DNA of 40,172 nt from Betaproteobacteria bacterium (GCA_031403365.1 JANNTE010000130.1:1-40172); one strand, 5' to 3'; shown: positions 9,435 through 18,341, numbered from the stretch's first letter. Translations and numbers: made by a program. Notes: generated from the letters alone by a model not told the origin.

Positions 9435-9959
9435 ATGAACCTGGAGCGCATCACAGTGGAGTTTAATGCGGAGGAAGACCGCCTGTTGATGCGCGTATTC
9501 TTCGACGGAACTTTCGAAGTTCAATTCTGGTTGACGCGACGCCTGGTCAATCGCATCTGGCCGGTGCTGTTGAGCATGGCACAGGCTAAACCGGACATCC
9601 AGGTGCAGCCCAACCCCGAGGTGCGCAACGCGATGCTGGGCATGGAGCACGAAAAGGCGTTGCAAGAGGTGAATTTCTCCCGGGCGCCGCAGGAACCCGC
9701 ACGAGCGCATCCTTTGGGCCAAGCGCCGATGCTGGTCAGCAGGGTACGGGCGCGGCGCAACGAAAAAAACCAGACCGTGCTGTCGCTGAGGCCGCCTGCT
9801 GGCAACGGGCTGGATCTGAACCTCGGCGACACCGTACTTCACGGCTTGATGAAACTGATCCAGGACGCAGTCGTCAGGGCGCAATGGGATGTTCTGCTTG
9901 CTGTGCCGACCTTTGCACACGTCAGCCTGGACGAAGGCCGGCAGCACAGCGTCAACTGA
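9435..9959 (+). CDS. hypothetical protein (no family recognised)
   Basis: Coding-like codon usage, with ATG 9435 (MNLERITVEFNAEEDRLLMRVFF...). It ends 37 nt before the COG3014 lipoprotein gene on the same strand. Confidence 0.55.
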   Translation: MNLERITVEFNAEEDRLLMRVFFDGTFEVQFWLTRRLVNRIWPVLLSMAQAKPDIQVQPNPEVRNAMLGMEHEKALQEVNFSRAPQEPARAHPLGQAPMLVSRVRARRNEKNQTVLSLRPPAGNGLDLNLGDTVLHGLMKLIQDAVVRAQWDVLLAVPTFAHVSLDEGRQHSVN

Positions 9960-9996
9960 GGAGCAGCAGCGGCGTTTCTGCCGCAGGACCCTTGTA

Positions 9997-11463
9997 TTGA
10001 GAAGCCTGCCCCCAACTTTCTTTCTGTCTGCCCGAATTGCGGCAGTGGCCCTGCTGCTGGCGACGCTGCAGGGCTGCGCCACGTTTCGCAGTTATGACTC
10101 GGAACTGACCAATACGATCAATCTTGCCTCGGCGGGCAATGTCGATGGTGCCATCCGGCTGCTTGAAGGCAACAATCGCTACGGCCGGAAAGACCTGCTG
10201 TATTACCTTGAGCTGGGCGAGCTTGAACGCTTGCGAAACCGGTACCAGGCAAGCACCACCGCCTGGATGAGTGCGGATGCGCAGGTGCAGGTTTGGGAGA
10301 ACACCGCACTCACAAACCCGCAGCAACTGCTGGGCGGTGCGGGCAGATTGTTGCTCAACGACAAGTCGCTGCCGTATCGTGGGCACGACTACGAAAAAGT
10401 CATGCTCACCACCAGGCTCGCCCTCGATCGCCTTGCGCGCGGCGACTTCGAAACCGCGCGCGTGGACATCAAGCGAACGCATGAGCGCGAAGCGATCATC
10501 GCACAGCTCAAGGCAAAACAATTGCAGCAAACCGAAGAAGAGGCCCGTAAGCGTGGCTTCCAGACGCAATTCAAGGATCTGAACGGATATCCGGTGCGCA
10601 CGATCGACAACCCGGAGGTCAATGCACTGAGAAACAGCTATCAGAGCGCATTCAGTCATTATCTCGCCGGGTTCATCTATGAAGCACTTGGCGAGCCCGG
10701 TCTGGCGGCCGCCGGGTATCGGCAGGCCATCGAATTGCAACCCGGTCAGCCGGCGCTGGAAGCCGCCTTGGCGGGCCTGGATGCGCGCGCGAATGCCGGC
10801 GACGACGGTTTCACGGACGTGTTATTCGTCGTCGAATCGGGAACCGCGCCGGCACGTCAGTCCATTCAGTTGAACCTGCCGTTCCCCCACAGAAACCGGA
10901 TGCTGATCGTGCCGGTCTCATTCCCGGTCATCGCGCCGGCCAAGCCATCCTTCATGCCTTTGCAGTTGCAAATACGTGGCGAAGCACCGATCAACACGGC
11001 AGTCATTACCAATACTGACCTGATGGCACGCAAAGCGTTGCAGGAAGACATACCCGGCATTCTGCTTCGAGGCATTATTCGTTCGAGCGCCAAGGCGATT
11101 GCACAGAACGAGGCCAGCCGCCGCGACGACACCGGCCTGGCCGCTCTGGCGCTGGCAATCGGATCAATGGTGACTGAGTCAGCCGATGAACGAGGCTGGC
11201 GGTCGCTTCCGGGGCAAATTGCGATTGCGCGCGCGCGGATCGCGTCCGGCGAGCATACCATCGGCCCTGGCGCCAGCCCGGCAGGGCAGGATATTCGTTT
11301 TCGCGTATCCGGGCGCCACGCCGTAGTCGGATTGCGCATTCTGGGCGGCACCACATTTGCGATCCTTCCGCAAACGCTCCCGGCCACAGAAATGCAATCC
11401 ATAGTGCTGGAGAACCAGCGTATATTCCCGGGGTCAACGAGTTCGCGGACCAGCACGTTTTAA
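9997..11463 (+). CDS. COG3014-family envelope lipoprotein (TPR-like N-terminal region)
   Basis: A TTG 9997 start gives MRSLPPTFFLSARIAAVALLLATLQGC, a lipobox. Also LYYLELGELERLRNRYQAS ... PYRGHDYEKVMLTTRLAL, typical of the COG3014 family found beside LpoB/YcfL. Confidence 0.7.
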   Translation: MRSLPPTFFLSARIAAVALLLATLQGCATFRSYDSELTNTINLASAGNVDGAIRLLEGNNRYGRKDLLYYLELGELERLRNRYQASTTAWMSADAQVQVWENTALTNPQQLLGGAGRLLLNDKSLPYRGHDYEKVMLTTRLALDRLARGDFETARVDIKRTHEREAIIAQLKAKQLQQTEEEARKRGFQTQFKDLNGYPVRTIDNPEVNALRNSYQSAFSHYLAGFIYEALGEPGLAAAGYRQAIELQPGQPALEAALAGLDARANAGDDGFTDVLFVVESGTAPARQSIQLNLPFPHRNRMLIVPVSFPVIAPAKPSFMPLQLQIRGEAPINTAVITNTDLMARKALQEDIPGILLRGIIRSSAKAIAQNEASRRDDTGLAALALAIGSMVTESADERGWRSLPGQIAIARARIASGEHTIGPGASPAGQDIRFRVSGRHAVVGLRILGGTTFAILPQTLPATEMQSIVLENQRIFPGSTSSRTSTF

Positions 11464-11494
11464 CCGTCTCGTTCACCCAATTCAGGAGCACGAC

Positions 11495-11932
11495 ATGAAC
11501 TTGCGCATAGGCACCACTGTCCTGATCGCTGCCATCGTCATGACCGGCTGCGGCGGCAGCAAGATCGAACGCCCAGGCCTCGTCTATGGCTGCCCAATCG
11601 GCGAAGATCAGAAAATTTCATCCAAGGAAGATCTGATAAAAGCCAAGATCGAAACCGCCGGCACTCTTTACAATATCGAATTGATCGATTTGCGCTGCGC
11701 CGAGCGGGCTGGAGGATTGCGCATTGATGCAGACCTGAGAAACAACAGCCGCGAGCCGCGCCGCATCGCTTATCGATTCCGCTGGCTCGACAAGGACGGC
11801 ATGCGCGCCTGGGACGACGAGTCATGGAAACCGCTGCTAATTCCGGGAAAGACGCTCTATACCATCACAACCCGCTCACCCGCGCCGGAAGCCACCGATT
11901 TCCGGCTGGTCGTCACGGACCAGGATCAATAA
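11495..11932 (+). CDS. ycfL: YcfL-family (DUF1425) lipoprotein
   Basis: SD AGGAGC upstream. Lipobox VMTGCGG. About 145 aa with LRNNSREPRRIAYRFRWLDKDG, matching the YcfL pattern. It lies directly upstream of lpoB. Confidence 0.7.
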   Translation: MNLRIGTTVLIAAIVMTGCGGSKIERPGLVYGCPIGEDQKISSKEDLIKAKIETAGTLYNIELIDLRCAERAGGLRIDADLRNNSREPRRIAYRFRWLDKDGMRAWDDESWKPLLIPGKTLYTITTRSPAPEATDFRLVVTDQDQ

Positions 11933-11966
11933 TCCATGCCATTGCTTATCGCCAAGGAGTAACACC

Positions 11967-12548
11967 ATGATGCGTTTCCGATTCAACCAGGTCTTCTTCG
12001 TCGTGTCACTGTGCGCCGCCCTCGGCCTCTCCGGCTGCGCCTCTCAAACCCGTTACGGAGACGCACGCGGCGTCGAAACCGTGACCAACCAGTTTGGTTC
12101 CACCGACTTGCAGATGATCGCAGAATCGATGACGCGCTCATTGCTCGGTTCGCAGATCGTTACCGGCGGCAACCGGCCGATCATCACGGTGCAGGAAGTC
12201 AAAAACAAGACCAGCGAGTACATCGACACGCGCGCCATTACCGATTCCATCCGCGTCGAGTTACAGAAAAGCGGCCGGGTACGCTTCGCAGTGGACGCTG
12301 CAGCGATGTCGCAGCAGATCGAGGAACTGGAGCGCCAGCAAAGCGAATACTACGAGGCCAACAAGGCCGCCGAAGTCGGCAAGATGGTCGGCGCGGCCTT
12401 CCGGATCGAAGGCAACATCGTTTCCATTGTGAAGGAGGCTGGCAGCGTGAAGGACGTGTACTACAAATTCAGCCTGCAACTGTGGAACGTGCGCGACGGG
12501 TTGCTGGAATGGGCGGACGAGAAAGAGATTCGCAAGACCACGAGTTAG
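11967..12548 (+). CDS. lpoB: penicillin-binding protein activator LpoB (COG3417)
   Basis: SD AGGAG upstream. Lipobox LGLSGCAS. ITVQEVKNKTSEYIDTRAITDSIRVELQKSGRVRF and RIEGNIVSI are typical of LpoB. Confidence 0.8.
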   Translation: MMRFRFNQVFFVVSLCAALGLSGCASQTRYGDARGVETVTNQFGSTDLQMIAESMTRSLLGSQIVTGGNRPIITVQEVKNKTSEYIDTRAITDSIRVELQKSGRVRFAVDAAAMSQQIEELERQQSEYYEANKAAEVGKMVGAAFRIEGNIVSIVKEAGSVKDVYYKFSLQLWNVRDGLLEWADEKEIRKTTS

Positions 12549-12703
12549 GTCAAGAGCAAACTCGTTTCACCGCAAAGACGCAGGGCAAGGCGGCTGCCCT
12601 GTTCACACTTCAACCTCCGAAATGGTGAAACGGCCCACGAATGCAGGCAATTGCCTTTCTCTGCGTCCGCGACGGTGCCCCCGGCTTTTTCCAGGATTAT
12701 TGC

Positions 12704-14275
12704 TTAGTCACGCATGCCCAGCGCATGTGCCATGACATGAAAAATTACGTGTTGCTCCAGCACGCCGCGAATCAGATGCGCATGCGGACCGCGAGCGTAT
12801 ATGGCGACATCTTCCCCACCGTGGGTTTCTTGCATCATCGGCGCGATTGATTCCTGCATGTAGTCGGGCGCAGTTGTATCCACCTCGGCCAGGTCGGGCC
12901 TGCCGTCCGTGATACCGAGGAACTGCGTACCTGGGTGGGGAAATTTCTTGATTCCCTCGGGCTGCCGGTCGGACGCCCCGGTATAGCCGGGACCGTTGGC
13001 GTAACCCAGCGTCGTATAGGGCAGCTTCAACCCGTCGCTGGCGTAGTCCGCGGACGGCGTTTCGGGCTGCACCACCTTGCCCAGTATCGGGTTGCCGCGC
13101 TTCGGATATCCGGCCATGGTCAGTGTATGACTGTGATCGGCCGTGACAATGATCAGGGTATCGCGCGGGTCGGTGCGCTGCATGGCGAGTTTCACCGCGC
13201 GGGCGAATTCGATGGCGTCGGTCAGTGCCCGAAAGGCATTGCCGAAATGGTGCGCGTGATCGATGCGGCCGCCTTCAACCATCAGGAAGTACCCCTTCTG
13301 GTTCCGAGACAGGATGTCGAGGGCCTTGCCGGTCATCTCGGTCAGGGACGGCTCCCCGGCGCCATCCTTGCTCCGATCATGCTCGAAGTTCATATGTGAT
13401 GGCTGAAACAAGCCCAGCAGATGACGAACCTGCATGCTGTCGACCGCGTCGAACTGGGCCTTGTTCCATACGTATGCCGAACGCTGGTGATGCGCCAGCC
13501 AATCCTGGGTCAGGTCCCGGCCATCCAGACGCTCGCCGGTCCTGTCCGGGTATTCCGGATCGCGCACCGTGGCCGGAAGAAATTTCATGCGGCCGCCCCC
13601 CAGCACCACCTCCAGACCATCACCGCGGGAAAATTCGATCAGTTGCCGGGCAATGTCGGCAAAACCGGCTGATCTGGCTGCGGCCGGAAGGTTGGCATCG
13701 CTCTCCCAGTCACGGTCCGGCGAATGGGCATAGCACGCCGCCGGTGTGGCGTGAGTGACGTTGGTGGTGGTCACCACGCCGGTGGCCATGCCCCGATCTT
13801 CCGCCCGCTCCAGCAATGTCTTCGCGGAATTCCCGGCCAGTGCGCCAAAGTCCCTGCGCGCGACGTTTGCATTCACCGCAATCAGGCCATCATTGGTCTT
13901 GATGCCGGTCATGATCGCGCTCATAGTCGGCGCGGAGTCCGCGGTCTGCTGATTGGCGCTGTAGGTCTTGGACAAGGCCACATAGGGCAGCGTCTCGAAA
14001 GCAAGCTGATTTTCTTCACCGGAGAGGCCGCGCAACTGGCCTTCGAGAATGCGCGCGGCGGTCACCGTGGTGACGCCCATGCCGTCGCCAACGAACAGGA
14101 TCACGTTTCGGGCGCGGCCGGTTATCGGCTTCTCCCGCAGCGCTTTCTCCACGGCATCCCGGCCGCCGCGAAACCATTCTTCGGGCGATTGCGCTTGCGC
14201 CGGCGTCATCTGTGCCGCGATGTGCGCCACAAGCAGTATTGCAGTGAGAGCGATGTGTTTTCGTCCAATGGTCAT
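12704..14275 (-). CDS. alkaline phosphatase (PhoA family), exported
   Basis: Signal peptide MTIGRKHIALTAILLVAHIAAQMTPAQA. Active-site region VILFVGDGMGVTT ... SAPT, and metal sites GGRIDHAHH and ADHSH. The ATG at 14275 overlaps the upstream stop as ATGA. Confidence 0.88.
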   Translation of the reverse strand: MTIGRKHIALTAILLVAHIAAQMTPAQAQSPEEWFRGGRDAVEKALREKPITGRARNVILFVGDGMGVTTVTAARILEGQLRGLSGEENQLAFETLPYVALSKTYSANQQTADSAPTMSAIMTGIKTNDGLIAVNANVARRDFGALAGNSAKTLLERAEDRGMATGVVTTTNVTHATPAACYAHSPDRDWESDANLPAAARSAGFADIARQLIEFSRGDGLEVVLGGGRMKFLPATVRDPEYPDRTGERLDGRDLTQDWLAHHQRSAYVWNKAQFDAVDSMQVRHLLGLFQPSHMNFEHDRSKDGAGEPSLTEMTGKALDILSRNQKGYFLMVEGGRIDHAHHFGNAFRALTDAIEFARAVKLAMQRTDPRDTLIIVTADHSHTLTMAGYPKRGNPILGKVVQPETPSADYASDGLKLPYTTLGYANGPGYTGASDRQPEGIKKFPHPGTQFLGITDGRPDLAEVDTTAPDYMQESIAPMMQETHGGEDVAIYARGPHAHLIRGVLEQHVIFHVMAHALGMRD

Positions 14276-15171
14276 AAAAGTGGCCCGAGGAAATCGGCAT
14301 AGCGTTGCGCGCAACGCAGCCCGAAATCTCCGGGCGCGAGCGCGGGCGCGCGATCGTGCACCTCGCCCAATCCCAGCCTCTGCGCCGCGATGCGTTTGCC
14401 GTAAGTATGCAATGTATCCAGCGATTGCATGATGAAAACGATGGCGGGTAGCACCTCCTCGTACAGCGCGTGCGCCTGCGCATCCGCACCTTCGCGCAAC
14501 AGATCGAATATGCGTGCCTGCCGGTCAAAGGTATCGAGCGCGGGAATCATGCCCGAACAGCCGGCACGCAGGTTGTCGAGCAGCTCGAGTCCGCCGCGGC
14601 CGTTGAACACGCTGATTCGAGGTGCGGCCGCCTCGATGAATTGCCGGATAGCGAGCGCCGATCCTTCGCCTTTGAGGATGCCAAAGTTCGGGTGCCGGTC
14701 CGCCAGCATCCTGACACCCGCCGGGGTCAGGCCCACGCCCAGATACTCCGGCGCGTTCTGGATTGCGACCGGCAGTTCGACGCGATCGGCCACGGCGCCG
14801 AAAAAGCGGATGAAAAATTCCTCGGGTACGTCCCGATCCGGCGGCGGCTGCAAGATCACCCAGGTGGCGCCACGGCCTTTCGCGAAACGCGCGAATTCGA
14901 CTTGCGCTTCGACAGTTGGTGCATTGATCGTAATCGCCAAAGGCAGGCGGCCATCGAGTTCTTCGGCCACCCAGTCGACCAGCTGGCGCCGCTCGGCGTC
15001 CGACAGCTTGTTGACTTCGGTGCCCAGTCCCAGAACCGCGATGCCATGCGCACCATTGTTGACGCAGGCCTGGACCTGCCGTCGCGCGGCGCGCCGGTCG
15101 AGAGCGCCTTGCGCGTCAAAAAAAGCGTAGAGCATCGGGTAGATACCGCGCGGCAAGTCGTCATGTTTCAT
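14272..15171 (-). CDS. dihydrodipicolinate synthase / N-acetylneuraminate lyase family (class I aldolase) protein
   Basis: GIAVLGLGTEVNKLSDAERRQL plus a Schiff-base lysine context FGILKGEGS. GGAGGA lies 6 nt upstream of ATG 15171 (MKHDDLPRGIYP...). Confidence 0.8.
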   Translation of the reverse strand: MKHDDLPRGIYPMLYAFFDAQGALDRRAARRQVQACVNNGAHGIAVLGLGTEVNKLSDAERRQLVDWVAEELDGRLPLAITINAPTVEAQVEFARFAKGRGATWVILQPPPDRDVPEEFFIRFFGAVADRVELPVAIQNAPEYLGVGLTPAGVRMLADRHPNFGILKGEGSALAIRQFIEAAAPRISVFNGRGGLELLDNLRAGCSGMIPALDTFDRQARIFDLLREGADAQAHALYEEVLPAIVFIMQSLDTLHTYGKRIAAQRLGLGEVHDRAPALAPGDFGLRCAQRYADFLGPLL

Positions 15172-15275
15172 TGCATATCCTCCGGCCACATGCTAACCGC
15201 CCCGCGCCGACCGTCCAAACGTCCGTGCACCACAAATTTTCCAGCATACCGGCTGAATCGGTGTAACATTTTTCC

Positions 15276-16037
15276 ATGCAGACCATGTACCGATTCGGGC
15301 CAGTGCGCTTGTTTTCCAAGATGACCGTGCTTGTTTTTGGCGGAGCAATGTTGCTCGTTTCCGGGGCCGTTGCCGCATTGTCGCCCGAGGAAATCATTGC
15401 TGCACTCAGACTACCGGAGAACAGTACGGGCAATGTTGCTGACGCCGTGGAAGAGGCCACCGGGGCACGCGGCTGGATGTCCTCCGACATGAAGCCGGTT
15501 TACGAGGCCAGGATCGTGGGCAGGGCGGCCACGGCGCTGATGCGCCCGGTACTGCGAACCGACGCGCGCAAGTATCCGAATCACCTGCTCGAGATCCTGG
15601 ACCAGGCCGAAGCCGGATCGATTCTGGTGTACGTGATGCAGGATGGGCTCGAAATCGCAGCCATGGGCAACTTGATGGGCACCACCGCCAAGGTCAGAGG
15701 ATTGGCCGGCGCCGTGATCGACGGAGCGGTGCGCGATACAACGGAATTGAAGCGGCTCGGATTTCCGGTCTGGTCGCGCCGCATCAGCCCGGCGACATCG
15801 GTCGGGCGCATGATCAGCGTGGACAAGCAGATTCCGGTGCTCTGCGCAGGCGTCATGGTGCGGCCCGGCGATTATCTGGTGGGCGATGCGGACGGTGTCG
15901 TCGTTGTTCCTGCGGAGGCGGCGGAAAAAGTAGTCGCGCTGCTCAAACAGTACGACGCAAAGGAATCGAAAATGCTTCCGATCATCGAACGCGAGAAATC
16001 CATGCTCAAGGCGTTGGAAATCTACAATCGTTACTGA
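15276..16037 (+). CDS. RraA / HMG-CHA aldolase family protein with N-terminal signal-peptide-like segment
   Basis: Core GNLMGTTAKVRGLAGAVIDGAVRDTTELKRLGFPVWSR ... GDYLVGDADGVVVVP is RraA-family. The N-terminus MQTMYRFGPVRLFSKMTVLVFGGAMLLVSGAVAA looks like a Sec signal. Confidence 0.75.
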   Translation: MQTMYRFGPVRLFSKMTVLVFGGAMLLVSGAVAALSPEEIIAALRLPENSTGNVADAVEEATGARGWMSSDMKPVYEARIVGRAATALMRPVLRTDARKYPNHLLEILDQAEAGSILVYVMQDGLEIAAMGNLMGTTAKVRGLAGAVIDGAVRDTTELKRLGFPVWSRRISPATSVGRMISVDKQIPVLCAGVMVRPGDYLVGDADGVVVVPAEAAEKVVALLKQYDAKESKMLPIIEREKSMLKALEIYNRY

Positions 16038-16064
16038 GTGCATGAAATCATCAGGAATCTGCCT

Positions 16065-16754
16065 GTGAATATAGATCGCAGAAACATGTTACGGCTGTCG
16101 GGGGGCCTGATTGCCACCTCTGTGGTGCCATCATGGGCACGCAACAGGGTTGCGACGCCGGCGCAGATGCCCGGGCCGTTCTATCCCGCTAAATTCCCAC
16201 TTGATCGCGACAACGATCTGGTCACGGTCAGGGGCCACGGAGGCAGCGCTTTTGGCGAAATCGCCAACCTGGCCGGTCGGATACTTGCCCTGGACGGCAG
16301 GCCACTGGCGGGCGTTCGCATTGAGATCTGGCAGGTAAACGGCTACGGGCGATATCACCATGATGGTGACGACAGCGGCAGGCCCATCGATCCCGGTTTC
16401 CAGGGGTACGGCACAGCGCTGACCGGTGCGGACGGCACTTATCGCTTTCGCACCGTCAAGCCGGTGGCCTACCCGGGCCGCGCCCCTCATGTTCACTTCG
16501 CCCTTACGCGCGAGGACTTCGGCACGTTTACCACGCAGATGTATGTCGCGGGCGCCGCGGAAAACGAACGCGACTTCCTGCTATCGCGCATTCGCAACAG
16601 CAAGGCGCGCGCGAGCCTGATTGTTGCGCTGGAACCCTCACCCGGAACTCCCGGTGAATTGGCGGGAGAGTTCAATGTCGTACTGGCCGATGACGGCCGG
16701 CTTGAGCGGGGTGCCGCGCCGCCGCTATACCGGCAGGCCCGTCTTGACCTATAG
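16065..16754 (+). CDS. intradiol ring-cleavage dioxygenase (protocatechuate 3,4-dioxygenase beta-like) with Tat signal
   Basis: A GTG 16065 start gives MNIDRRNMLRLSGGLIATSVVPSWA (twin-arginine). GPFYP, IEIWQVNGYGRYHH, GADGTYRFRTVKPVAYPGRAPHVHF. The alternative start GTG 16038 abuts the RraA-like stop. Confidence 0.8.
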   Translation: MNIDRRNMLRLSGGLIATSVVPSWARNRVATPAQMPGPFYPAKFPLDRDNDLVTVRGHGGSAFGEIANLAGRILALDGRPLAGVRIEIWQVNGYGRYHHDGDDSGRPIDPGFQGYGTALTGADGTYRFRTVKPVAYPGRAPHVHFALTREDFGTFTTQMYVAGAAENERDFLLSRIRNSKARASLIVALEPSPGTPGELAGEFNVVLADDGRLERGAAPPLYRQARLDL

Positions 16755-16790
16755 TCGAGCCATGAACGCATCGGCAGGATCCGGACCGCA

Positions 16791-17003
16791 ATGGAATTGA
16801 CCGAGGACGAGATTGAACTGGTACGCGTTAAACTGGAAGAGCTGAAACTGGAGCATCGCGATCTCGACGATGTCATCACGCACTTGTCGCAGGACCAGAA
16901 ACTTGACGAGTTGCAGGTTCAGCGCCTGAAAAAGCGCAAGCTTCTGCTTAAAGACCAGATTTCCACGCTAGAGCAACAACTGGTGCCCGATATCTCAGCC
17001 TGA
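16791..17003 (+). CDS. DUF465 (YdcH-like) small coiled-coil protein
   Basis: 70 aa: LEELKLEHRDLDDVI ... DELQVQRLKKRKLLLKDQI, the typical DUF465 pattern. Confidence 0.7.
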   Translation: MELTEDEIELVRVKLEELKLEHRDLDDVITHLSQDQKLDELQVQRLKKRKLLLKDQISTLEQQLVPDISA

Positions 17004-17117
17004 ATGGACTGCTGTTTTGCTCGCCTGGCCCGCGAATTCTGGTTCGAGATTGGCAATTCCATTGAACCTCACCCGCGTCGAAAGATCATAGGGACAACCT
17101 GATAGCGGGCACTCGCG

Positions 17118-17492
17118 ATGCGCATCCGAATTACGGCTCTCGCCACGATACTTCTCGGATTCTCGCTGTTGGGCGGGTGTGCTGGCCTGCAGCATCGGCC
17201 GGCACCGACTATCGAGCAGGTTGTTGAAATGGCACAGTCCGGAAAATCCGCCGAGGACATCATTGCCGAACTGCGGCTTACACAGGCTGTCTACGCGCTG
17301 AGTGCGTCCCGGATCGTCGGTCTGCACGATCAAGGAGTGCCTAATCAGGTACTGGACTACATGCAGGACACTTATGCCGAGCACATCCACTGGAATGCAC
17401 GCATGCAGTATGAGCGCCCGTTCTATTGGTGGCACGACTGCTTCTATTGTTATCGCCGTCATTACGGCCCTGTGATAATCGTCCCGCGCTAA
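17118..17492 (+). CDS. hypothetical lipoprotein; paralogous module shared with the next gene
   Basis: Lipobox FSLLGGCAG. The C-terminus is rich in Cys, Trp and Tyr (FYWWHDCFYCYRRHYGP). Confidence 0.65.
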   Translation: MRIRITALATILLGFSLLGGCAGLQHRPAPTIEQVVEMAQSGKSAEDIIAELRLTQAVYALSASRIVGLHDQGVPNQVLDYMQDTYAEHIHWNARMQYERPFYWWHDCFYCYRRHYGPVIIVPR

Positions 17493-17546
17493 TCGTTAAT
17501 TCATCGGGCGGGACAGTTCTTGCATTGCGTGCGGAAAGGGGAAGTC

Positions 17547-18341
17547 ATGTTGAGCCAGGTCACAATCTGCCCATTCATCGCTGCTGTTGTCCTGCTGCTT
17601 GGCTCATGTTCAGGCCTGTCATCACGGCCGGTCATGCCGGTTTCGGAAGTCATAGTCCTGAGCAAGGCGGCCTTGCCGGAACAGGCGATCCAGCGCATTG
17701 ACAGCGCAAGAACCACGTATGCACTGCGCGGATCGGATTTCGCAAGGCTTGCCGATGCGGGCGTGCCACCCAGCGTGCTCGATTACCTGCAGCAGGCGTT
17801 CGTGAACGACGTGGATCTGCTCACCCGCTACTGGGTTCAACGCAAACCGCTGGGTACCTGCACGTGTTTCTATCCTCAACCAGTGGATTTGGCGAAGCTG
17901 GCCGACGGTGGTGACGGCATGGCCGATATCGGCAAGACGATTAGCCCGTCGACACCTGTCAAACCACAGGGTCTGCCTGAATGGGTAACCGTTTATCCGG
18001 GCCGCCCCGGGGCGCCCGCATTGACCATCGGCGAAATCCGGCGTTTGGTCAAGGAAAGTACGCCAGAGACCGACCTCTCCAGCCGCATTGGCGCCTCACG
18101 ACTTAGAGATTTCATGGGTACCGTTGGGGGGGGGAAGTACGGTTCGCACTTCACCGCCGGACTGACCGGCTCGGAGCTCGCGCAACTCAAGATCGATGGT
18201 GCAAGCGAGGCGGTATTGGATGCCTTGCAACAGAAATTTCTGGCCGAATACATCGAGTTTTCCAGAATCCGCTATCTGGCCATGGGGCATGGCAGCAACC
18301 GGGCTGCCGATGTCAACCAATCCAGCGGTCGGGCAAGGTAG
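17547..18341 (+). CDS. hypothetical lipoprotein with two copies of the module seen in 17118-17492
   Basis: AGGGGA SD upstream of ATG 17547. Lipobox LLLGSCSG. Repeated ...Y.L....F..L...G.....VLD.LQQ.F pattern. Confidence 0.65.
   Translation: MLSQVTICPFIAAVVLLLGSCSGLSSRPVMPVSEVIVLSKAALPEQAIQRIDSARTTYALRGSDFARLADAGVPPSVLDYLQQAFVNDVDLLTRYWVQRKPLGTCTCFYPQPVDLAKLADGGDGMADIGKTISPSTPVKPQGLPEWVTVYPGRPGAPALTIGEIRRLVKESTPETDLSSRIGASRLRDFMGTVGGGKYGSHFTAGLTGSELAQLKIDGASEAVLDALQQKFLAEYIEFSRIRYLAMGHGSNRAADVNQSSGRAR

Noticed and set aside
8931-10740. Minus-strand ORFs of 383 aa (8931-10082) and 262 aa (9952-10740)
   Set aside because: They are antisense to the racemase-family, hypothetical and COG3014 genes. 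The plus-strand products have family motifs, lipoboxes and SD sequences. The minus-strand products do not.
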